From assembly GCA_047601445.1 (NCBI GenBank), contig JASGJH010000001.1, forward strand, positions 4,096,001 to 4,160,000: 64,000 nucleotides of DNA, given 5' to 3'. Position numbers and translations under genes: made by a program. This DNA comes from Myxococcales bacterium (GTDB lineage: Bacteria > Myxococcota_A > Polyangia > Polyangiales > DASUME01). The notes beneath the pieces are model-generated. The model saw nothing but the letters and a program-made list of their open reading frames with translations. It was not told where the DNA came from and ran no database searches. Positions 1-7,186 of this stretch are shown one piece after another (the stretch's first letter is position 1; every line of letters starts with the position of its first letter).

Positions 1-2
1 GC

Positions 3-659
3 GTGCTCGAGGTCACCGACAGTGGAACGGGGATGAGCTCCGAGACCGTCGCACGCGTGTTCGAGCCCTTCTTCACCACCAAGGAATCCGGCAAGGGGAC
101 CGGGCTGGGGCTCGCGACGGTGATGGCCGTCGCCGAACAAAGCGGTGCACGAATTCGGCTCGAGACCGCGCTCGGCCGTGGAACAAGCATCGGTCTTTGG
201 TTTCCCGCAGATCGCTCCGTCGCGGGCGAAGAGCAGGTGCGCCCGGTGGAGACGCCAAAAGCTCGCAGCATGTGTGTTCTGCTTGCCGAAGATAATCGGC
301 TCCTCCGAAACACCCTGGAGCGGGCGCTCGTGGAGGGTGGCTATCGCGTGATCACTGCCGGAGACGTGCCGGATGCACAGAAGATCGTCGGAGAGAATCG
401 GGGCGCGATCGATCTCCTGTGCACCGATGGTGTGATGCCCGGTGCTCCGGTCAGCGACCTGATCCGAACCTTCCAGGAAAACTGTCCCCAGGGGCGCGTC
501 TTGATCATGTCCGGCTATGTCGACGACGAACTCGCGCGACGCGGGCTCGAATCGGGACGCTACAACTTCATTTCCAAGCCGGTTGGCCTCGAGGAGCTGT
601 TGCTCGCAGTGGCTCAGACGACGACACGCCCCTCGGACTTCTCCGCTCGGCTCGCTTGA
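3..659 (+). CDS. Hybrid sensor histidine kinase, C-terminal part (HATPase + receiver); runs in from the window edge
   Basis: DSGTGM, FEPFFTTK, GTGLGL boxes, then receiver LLAEDN...TDGVMPG...KP. Confidence 0.9.
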   Translation: MLEVTDSGTGMSSETVARVFEPFFTTKESGKGTGLGLATVMAVAEQSGARIRLETALGRGTSIGLWFPADRSVAGEEQVRPVETPKARSMCVLLAEDNRLLRNTLERALVEGGYRVITAGDVPDAQKIVGENRGAIDLLCTDGVMPGAPVSDLIRTFQENCPQGRVLIMSGYVDDELARRGLESGRYNFISKPVGLEELLLAVAQTTTRPSDFSARLA

Positions 660-681
660 TCGTGCAGGGCCCTTCAAATCC

Positions 682-1296
682 TCAGCGCCACGTGGCGTAG
701 ACCCCGAGCGCGGCCGAGATCACCATGCACAGGGCCGCGATGCGGAAAAAGCCGACCGCGAATGCGCGCGAGCGAAAGCGTCGGGCCAGGGCATCCGCAC
801 TGACTCCGTAGACGGCGAGCCCGAGCAGCTCGGTGCACGTGACGGAGACCATCACGATGGCCGCCTGTGTCATCAGGGGCCGTTTGGGGTCGAGATACGC
901 AGGCAGCATGCCGCCGAAGTAGACCAGCGCATTGGGATTGCCTAGCTGCAGCGCTACCCCGCTGGCGAACAAGCGTGTGCGCGGCGGCGCCTTTTCGCGC
1001 TCCAGCTGCACCGTACCAGCGCGGAACAGGCGCACACCGAGCACGATGATAAAGGCGAGACCTCCCAGCTTGAGCAGCGCGAATAGCAGCGGGAACGCCT
1101 GCGAAAGCGAGGCAGCCCCTGCCACCGCGAGACTCGTCCAGAGCAAGTTCGAGGCGCAGATGCCGAGCGCGGGCAGCATGGCGGGCCAGAAGCCGTAGCG
1201 AATGGAACAGGTCACCACCAACATCACGGCCGGGCCGGGTGTGAGTCCGCCGGCAAGGAAGAGCAACATGAGGGCGATCCACGCCGCGAGTTCCAT
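682..1296 (-). CDS. LysE/RhtB family translocator
   Basis: LTPGP and LGNP motifs, hydrophobic helices; start taken at MELAAW (1296). Confidence 0.85.
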   Translation of the reverse strand: MELAAWIALMLLFLAGGLTPGPAVMLVVTCSIRYGFWPAMLPALGICASNLLWTSLAVAGAASLSQAFPLLFALLKLGGLAFIIVLGVRLFRAGTVQLEREKAPPRTRLFASGVALQLGNPNALVYFGGMLPAYLDPKRPLMTQAAIVMVSVTCTELLGLAVYGVSADALARRFRSRAFAVGFFRIAALCMVISAALGVYATWR

Positions 1297-1460
1297 GGCG
1301 CCAAGGATGACGTGAAACGAAGCGAGAGCACGAGGGCGGCCGCCCAGGCCGGGGTGAGTACGGAATAGCCAGCATCCCTGGGCCCGTTCGCGGAGCCGTG
1401 GTCCAGCACTCCTCCTCCCATCACGGCCCGCTGCCCAAGTACGCCCGGCACAGACGCGGC

Positions 1461-2351
1461 ATGCTCTGCGTGCTCGGCTGCCTGCTCGTTGGCGCCTGCT
1501 CCGATGAGCCCTGCCTCCCCCAGAAGGTCTACGCAGAGGACGACTCCTTTCCCGCCGGAGGAGGGGCGACCACGAAAGAAATGGCGGAACGCCTGGCCCA
1601 AGAACAGGCACTGCCCATCACCTGGGGCGGCGAAGAGCATGGGCTCGATTTCCCACCCTTGCCGATCCAGGGCGACGACGAACTGCTGATGCAAGTTACA
1701 CTCGAGAGTGACCTGACCCAGACGTTCTACGAAGGTCACTCCGACAACGGGGAGGACCATCCGCCTCAGCCCGTCAAAGGCAACTGCTACGCGCACGAAC
1801 CCGAGGCCCACGTGCATGTACACGTGCGAACCCGAAGCGGGATACTCGAGGGGTCGTTCGAAGCGAAGCTCGTCGTGGCGACTGAGCTGGAGCAGATGCT
1901 CTTTTTCGAGCGCACCGGACTGGAAACACCCGACGCGCTAGCGAACTACGCTGCCGCGCTCGGCTTCGACCGTCATCAGGTTCACCTGGGCCTGGCTCTC
2001 TACTACGACTTTCGAGGAAGACTTTCGTACGCTCGCGGGTTCCTCGTCATCGATGCCGAGAACGATCCGAGTCGCGACGTCTTCTTTGGTGCGTGCGGAG
2101 ATCAGCCTGGATTGGGTTGGGATGCGGACGCAGGCCTGCAACCCGACCCGCTCGATTGTCCGCCGATCCTGGCCTCGTGCATGAACCCCAAGGCGAGCGG
2201 GCTCGACAGCTGGGGCTCCTTCCTTGCCTGCCTCAACAAGCCTAATTGCGTGACGTGCCCAACTTCGTCGCCCGTGGACGGGGATCCTCAAAAGGCGGTC
2301 TTTGCCGCGTTCGATGGGCCTTGCCGCTGTACTCAGCTGGACATGCCGTGA
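1461..2351 (+). CDS. Hypothetical lipoprotein
   Basis: Lipobox-like LLVGAC, Cys-rich C-terminus; start uncertain (ORF opens at 1398). Confidence 0.6.
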   Translation: MLCVLGCLLVGACSDEPCLPQKVYAEDDSFPAGGGATTKEMAERLAQEQALPITWGGEEHGLDFPPLPIQGDDELLMQVTLESDLTQTFYEGHSDNGEDHPPQPVKGNCYAHEPEAHVHVHVRTRSGILEGSFEAKLVVATELEQMLFFERTGLETPDALANYAAALGFDRHQVHLGLALYYDFRGRLSYARGFLVIDAENDPSRDVFFGACGDQPGLGWDADAGLQPDPLDCPPILASCMNPKASGLDSWGSFLACLNKPNCVTCPTSSPVDGDPQKAVFAAFDGPCRCTQLDMP

Positions 2352-2353
2352 GG

Positions 2354-3007
2354 CTACGAGAGGGGCGCCAGTTCCGAGACGCTCTCGCCCCGAGACTTCC
2401 TGCTTCGCCTCCGTAGCGCGTCGGCGCCGCTCCATGCACAGACACCGTGGGAGCTAGTGGAGGGAGTCGCACCACTGTCCCCCGTACCCGAATCCGAGCC
2501 GTCGCCGATGCTGATGCACACTGCTTGGTCGCGCATGCCTGCATCGTCCTGCTCGTCGGCGCAGCCACAAAACACCTTGGCCGCATACTCGCGATCGAGC
2601 TCTCGAGTGTCGACGTAAATGTCGGCCGGATCCTCGGCCAAGTAGTGGCACAGTGGCGTCGTAGTGTCCCTCGTCTCGGCCCAAGCGCACGTGCCGCTCC
2701 GCGAACTCGGCGCAGAGCTCGCAACGGTTACTTCCCTGAAGGTCCTTGAGCTTCGCTAGATCGTACTCGGTCATGAGCCCGCACCAATCGGCCGCGTGCG
2801 CCCGATGGTAGGCTCGGGCGATCCAGGTCGAACGATCGCGTTCAAGCGACCCTGCTCCGCCCTCCTCAGACACGCGAGAGTCCGTGCTTCGACCACCGCG
2901 TGTGTCGCCAACAACCACCAAGGTTGATCTCGGCCGCGACAGAGGCTCGCGGAGCGCTGCGCTTCAGCGCATCGAGCACGCGCAAAGGAAACACCGACAT
3001 CTTGCAC
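2354..3007 (-). pseudogene. Frameshifted remnant of an unknown gene
   Basis: Protein-like segments in three successive minus frames (HAVVEARTLACL..GRLNAI / TEYDLAKL..HYDATVPLL / AEDPADIYVD..KVFCGC); a paralogous segment occurs at 12640-12818. Confidence 0.45.
2833..2904. repeat. Imperfect direct repeat, copy 1 (copy 2 at 12748-12818)
   Basis: agagtccgtgcttcgaccaccgcgtgtg (2877-2904) vs agagtgcgtgcttcgaccaccgcgtgtg (12791-12818), 27/28 identical; shared gcgttcaagcg upstream. Confidence 0.85.
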
Positions 3008-3156
3008 TCACCCCTCGCTTGCGATTCGCGCTGCACTCAGAGTTCGAACGCGCACAAGCGGGTTAACCTCCGCACTCGCAGAGAAGATGCGTGATAGGAG
3101 ATGCTTGTACGACGGAGCTCTCCCCCGAGTGTCCGTCTGCAGAGAGGAGGTCTCTC

Positions 3157-3180
3157 ATGAAGTACGACCACGTTGGTTGA
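3157..3180 (+). CDS. Putative biarylitide-type micro precursor peptide MKYDHVG
   Basis: AGGAGG (3145-3150), 6-nt spacer, ATG AAG TAC GAC CAC GTT GGT TGA; MxYxH motif upstream of a BytO/RufO-like P450. Confidence 0.75.
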   Translation: MKYDHVG

Positions 3181-3226
3181 TCGTAGCCAATCCTCCATTT
3201 CTTGGTTTCAACAAGGAGCAATCAAA

Positions 3227-3403
3227 ATGAAGTACAGCAATCAAAGCGGTGCTGTGACGAGCGAAGAGGATCTCTTGCTTTCGGATGAGGAGCTCGGCAG
3301 CGTGCATGGTGGACTCTCGACTCCCCCCAGGATTCCGATCCCGCCGCACTTTCCGCCGATCATTCGCCCACCGGTGACCTTCAACCCCGGCTTCTTCGCA
3401 TGA
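3227..3403 (+). CDS. Double-glycine-leader RiPP/bacteriocin precursor with Pro-rich core
   Basis: AAGGAG RBS at 3213-3218; leader ...LSDEELGSVHGG (LSxxELxxxxGG type); core LSTPPRIPIPPHFPPIIRPPVTFNPGFFA. Confidence 0.8.
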   Translation: MKYSNQSGAVTSEEDLLLSDEELGSVHGGLSTPPRIPIPPHFPPIIRPPVTFNPGFFA

Positions 3404-3407
3404 GTCG

Positions 3408-3452
3408 GTGCAGGGGCGAGTTTCGGCTCGCGAGCGAAATTCGTCCCTGCGC
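3408..3452 (+). terminator. Long stem-loop between the precursor genes and the P450 (attenuator or mRNA stabiliser)
   Basis: gcaggggcgagtttcg (3410-3425) pairs with cgaaattcgtccctgc (3435-3450) with two G-U pairs; no U-tract. Confidence 0.6.
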
Positions 3453-3507
3453 TGCTCCCAACGCGGTCGTCGCGAATATGCCTACGAGAAGAGAGGAGAT
3501 TGAGCCG

Positions 3508-4716
3508 ATGCCCCCCGATCCTGTCTACAACCCGTTGGACGCAGACACCCTGGAGAACCCGTTTCCGATCTATGACTATCTGCGATCCAACGCGCCGGTT
3601 TATTGGCACGAGCAGATGCAGTCATGGGTACTCACCCGATACGCGGACTGCCGGAACGTACTCCTGGACCACAAGCTCTTCGCACGCGACGAACGGCGTG
3701 TGGGTGAGTCGATCCCAGACGATCGCCTGAGCGTGCAACAGCTGGATCCCCCGGAAGTCATCCCTTTACGCCGCTTGTTCTTTCAGGCGTTCAAGGCGGT
3801 CGACCTCGAGCAGATTGCAAGGCGCGCACGCGGCCAGATCAGGGGGCTGCTCGATGCCCATGGCAAGAGGCCGATCTTCGATCTCATGGCAGACGTCGCT
3901 TCACCCGTGGCGGAGTCGCTGACTTGCGAATTCTTCGGTTCACCCACCCCACCGGCGCCGGGAAAGTTCATGCAGATTGCCCATGGCATCGCTCTCGGAA
4001 TGGATGCGGGGCTCGAACCCTGTCAGAGGGGCGCCGGGCGGGCCGTCAGCGTCGAGCTCGACCGCATGGTGCGCGACTGGTCGGAGGACCCCATTCCGGG
4101 AAGTTTCATGGCTGAGGTCAAAGACAAGATCCTCCCACGGAAATACCCGGACACGTTGATCTACCGCACCGTCGACGCCATGGTGAACGCATCGTACTCC
4201 ACGATTTACGCGTCCATTGGAAACGCAGCGCTCACCCTGTTTCAGCATCCAGAGATCCGCGCCGCCTTCACTCCGCACAACCTGGTCAGCGGATGCGACG
4301 AGATCCTGCGCTTCGACAGCCCCGCACATGCAACGAGCCGTGTCGCCACCGAGCGCACCACCATCGGCGGCACGGTGATCGAGCGTGGACAGGTGGTCAT
4401 CACGTTGTTCGCCGCTGCGAATCGAGACCCCGACGGTTTTGAACGCCCCAACGATCTCGTTCTCGACCGCCGTCACAATCATCACCTGGGCTTCGGCTGG
4501 GGTTCGCACCAGTGCCTTGGCATCGGCCTGGCGAACGTCGCCCTGCACGAGTTCGTGTCTGCCGCCCTGGCGCTGCCCGCGTTGCGCTCCCTGGGCAAGC
4601 CGAAGCGCTTTCGAACGGCCACTCTGCGCTGGCTGCAAAACCTGCCCGTAACCGCCTCGCCACAGTCGTCACCGGAAATGGAGGAGCAACGTCATGGCAC
4701 AACTGAACACGCATGA
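3508..4716 (+). CDS. Cytochrome P450, biarylitide BytO/RufO-like peptide-modifying family
   Basis: FGWGSHQCLG heme motif, EILR (ExxR); PVYWHE..SWVLTRYADC, LSVQQLDPP and MDAGLEP resemble BytO/RufO; RBS GAGGAG at 3493-3498. Confidence 0.9.
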   Translation: MPPDPVYNPLDADTLENPFPIYDYLRSNAPVYWHEQMQSWVLTRYADCRNVLLDHKLFARDERRVGESIPDDRLSVQQLDPPEVIPLRRLFFQAFKAVDLEQIARRARGQIRGLLDAHGKRPIFDLMADVASPVAESLTCEFFGSPTPPAPGKFMQIAHGIALGMDAGLEPCQRGAGRAVSVELDRMVRDWSEDPIPGSFMAEVKDKILPRKYPDTLIYRTVDAMVNASYSTIYASIGNAALTLFQHPEIRAAFTPHNLVSGCDEILRFDSPAHATSRVATERTTIGGTVIERGQVVITLFAAANRDPDGFERPNDLVLDRRHNHHLGFGWGSHQCLGIGLANVALHEFVSAALALPALRSLGKPKRFRTATLRWLQNLPVTASPQSSPEMEEQRHGTTEHA

Positions 4717-5830
4717 TGAATGGTCGCGAATCAGGGAAGTCATCGTCGGCAGCGCTGCCAACTACACTTCTCATGACCGAGAGCTCTCGTTCGACCTGTT
4801 CTTCCACGAAAACCTCTTCCGCTCGGACTGGGCCTACCCGCGCCTCAAGAGCGCGTGTCCCGTGCGCGATCGGGCCTGGGAGATCAAGCAGCGGTACGTC
4901 GAAGAGCTCAATGAAGACGTGGAAGGCCTCGTCGAGGTCCTGCGCTCTCTCGGCATCACCGTGCACAGGCCGATGCCGCTGCCGCCCAACACCCCCTCAA
5001 TCAAGGGCTTCGGCTGGGAAGCGATGCCCGTTCCTGCGCTCAACGTCCGCGACAACACGCTGATCCTCGGCAACGAGATCATCGAGACCCCGCCGGCCAT
5101 CCGCTCACGCTACCTCGAAACGCGCCTGCTTGCTCCCGCCTTCAAGCACTACCACGACGCAGGCGCTCGCTGGACGACGATGCCGCGTCCCCTCCTCACC
5201 GACCGCTCGTTCGATCTCTCCTACGCGCGCGACACCGAGACCAGCTTGGGGGGACCGACCGAGCCAATCGAGGATCCGCAAGCGTCGCCGTATGACGTGG
5301 GCTTCGAGATGATGTTCGACGGGGCTCAGTGCCTACGCCTTGGCCGCGACCTGGTGATGAACATCGCGAACGCCAACCACGCGCTCGCAGTTGACTGGCT
5401 CGAGCGTCATCTGGAGGGCCGCTACCGCATCCACCGTGCCTTCCGCATGAGTGACAACCACATCGACTCGATGATCTTGGCCTTGCGCCCCGGCGTCTTC
5501 CTTGCGCGTCACGCAGGCATCCGTGAGCACCTTCCGGAGTGCTTCAAGCGCTGGGAGTTCATCGTTCCTCCGGTGCCGGACGTCTTCCCCACCTACGAGG
5601 ACGCAGACCTCGTATTGACCAGCCCATACATCGACCTCAACGTACTCTCCATCAGCCCTACGACATTGCTGGCCAACGCGGCCTGCGTCGATCTGATCAG
5701 AACCCTCGAGCACCGGGGCTTCGAGGTGATCCCCGTTCGGCACCGTCACCGGCGCCTCTTCGGAGGTGGCTTTCATTGCTTCACCTTGGACACCGTCCGC
5801 GATGGCGGACTCGAGGACTACAGCGCCTAG
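4694..5830 (+). CDS. Amidinotransferase (glycine/inosamine amidinotransferase family)
   Basis: N-terminal NTHDEW..REVIVG, then RD, FDGA, HID, and C-terminal GGGFHCFT with catalytic Cys. Confidence 0.9.
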   Translation: MAQLNTHDEWSRIREVIVGSAANYTSHDRELSFDLFFHENLFRSDWAYPRLKSACPVRDRAWEIKQRYVEELNEDVEGLVEVLRSLGITVHRPMPLPPNTPSIKGFGWEAMPVPALNVRDNTLILGNEIIETPPAIRSRYLETRLLAPAFKHYHDAGARWTTMPRPLLTDRSFDLSYARDTETSLGGPTEPIEDPQASPYDVGFEMMFDGAQCLRLGRDLVMNIANANHALAVDWLERHLEGRYRIHRAFRMSDNHIDSMILALRPGVFLARHAGIREHLPECFKRWEFIVPPVPDVFPTYEDADLVLTSPYIDLNVLSISPTTLLANAACVDLIRTLEHRGFEVIPVRHRHRRLFGGGFHCFTLDTVRDGGLEDYSA

Positions 5831-5851
5831 CGCGCGGCATGGGAGGCCTGT

Positions 5852-7162
5852 GTGCGCATCCTGATTGGAAATCACATCGACGACTCACTGCTCTGGCAGA
5901 AGGATCAAAGGGCATTTAGTCAGCGCATCTTGTGGTTTGCGCAGGACGGCGACATCGTGATCCTCTCGTGCGAGCCGGACCCCTCTTTTCTCGAGTACGT
6001 CACGTCGCTTGCGGGGGTCGGACGCGACACCCTCGAGTTTCTCGTCGTGCCCCCGGGCGGCCACGGAACACGGCTATTCGATCCCAATTCACTGCTCGAT
6101 CCCGACTTCGTGGCCGAGGTGAAACGGCGCATCGGCGACGTGTCTGATGTCTTTGCGCTGTGGCCCTCCGCCCAGGTCGCCGAGTTTGCCGAACTGCTCG
6201 GGATCCGAGAGAAGCTACCGGGGGCCAGCTTTTTCGCTCAACAAGGCGACGAGCTCGCGAACAACAAAGGAAACTTCCGTGCCTTTGCCGCGGCCCTCGG
6301 CGTACCCGTCGCCGAGGGGGCAGTTTGCCGAACCAAGGAGCACGCAGAGCGAGTCATCGCGCGGCTCCTGCGGACCGGGCCAGTCATGGTCAAACAGGTT
6401 CACAACGGGGCCGGCAACGGCAACGAAGTTCTCGTCTGCGACGACGAGTTGGCCACTGACCATGCCGGCAACAATCGTCGACAGCGAATCGAACCTGGAT
6501 TTTTCGAGGTTCGCGACTACCTCGAAGCGCGCTGGAATTGGGCATCCGTCGGCGGGCGATTCGCCGTGGTGGTCGAGCGCTTCGTGCCAGGGGCTCGCAC
6601 CATATACGCCGAATTCGAGGCCAGAGACGATGGACTGGCGCACACCGCAACCGGATCACTGGGATATGAGCACGGCCGGCTCGTCGAAGAGGTTACGCCG
6701 CTGCGAGGCGTCACCGATGCGGTGCTCGCGCGACTCGTACACCTTGGCGGCCGCCTCGCCGAGACCTACCGGGCGTTTGGCTACCGCGGGTTCATGAGCG
6801 CTGACGCCGTCGTTGACCAATCCGGCAACCTGTTCTTCACCGAAATGAACGCACGTGTGGGCGCTTCTCTCCACCTCTACGAAGGCATCGGAAAGCGGGT
6901 CGTCGATCAGTTTCGTGTTCCTGAGCGGTCACTGATACAGCTCGTGACGCCCAAGCATTGGAAGGTACCAGGCTTCGACGCATTTTCGCGCGTCACTCGC
7001 GAACTCGGCGTCGCCTTCGACCCACTGACTCGGAAAGGAGTGATGGCGGCGATGCCCTTCGCTGGCGAGCCCTGCGCGGGGGGCCTCCTGTTTTGTATAG
7101 CCTACGAGACGGAGCGAGAGCACCACGCCATCGTGGCCCGGCTGACAGAGCGGTTCGGCTGA
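5852..7162 (+). CDS. Pgm1/KtmD-like ATP-grasp peptide ligase (preATP-grasp + ATP-grasp)
   Basis: ILIGN, QRILWFAQDGD, NNKGNFRA, GAGNGNE, GFMSADAVV, FTEMNARVG; GGAGG RBS before the GTG start. Confidence 0.8.
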   Translation: MRILIGNHIDDSLLWQKDQRAFSQRILWFAQDGDIVILSCEPDPSFLEYVTSLAGVGRDTLEFLVVPPGGHGTRLFDPNSLLDPDFVAEVKRRIGDVSDVFALWPSAQVAEFAELLGIREKLPGASFFAQQGDELANNKGNFRAFAAALGVPVAEGAVCRTKEHAERVIARLLRTGPVMVKQVHNGAGNGNEVLVCDDELATDHAGNNRRQRIEPGFFEVRDYLEARWNWASVGGRFAVVVERFVPGARTIYAEFEARDDGLAHTATGSLGYEHGRLVEEVTPLRGVTDAVLARLVHLGGRLAETYRAFGYRGFMSADAVVDQSGNLFFTEMNARVGASLHLYEGIGKRVVDQFRVPERSLIQLVTPKHWKVPGFDAFSRVTRELGVAFDPLTRKGVMAAMPFAGEPCAGGLLFCIAYETEREHHAIVARLTERFG

Positions 7163-7186
7163 CCCGCCCTTCGCCCGTTCAGCGCG

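Noticed and set aside
682..1296. LysE gene as exporter for the RiPP cluster
   Set aside because: It lies outside the flanking repeats and is separated by unrelated genes; no supporting evidence.
3173..3226. ORF-track start of the 76-aa precursor ORF
   Set aside because: A TTG start without RBS that overlaps the micro-ORF; ATG 3227 has AAGGAG and gives a typical leader length.
3400..3507. N-terminal extension of the P450
   Set aside because: It spans the stem-loop; a good RBS precedes ATG 3508, where P450 similarity begins.
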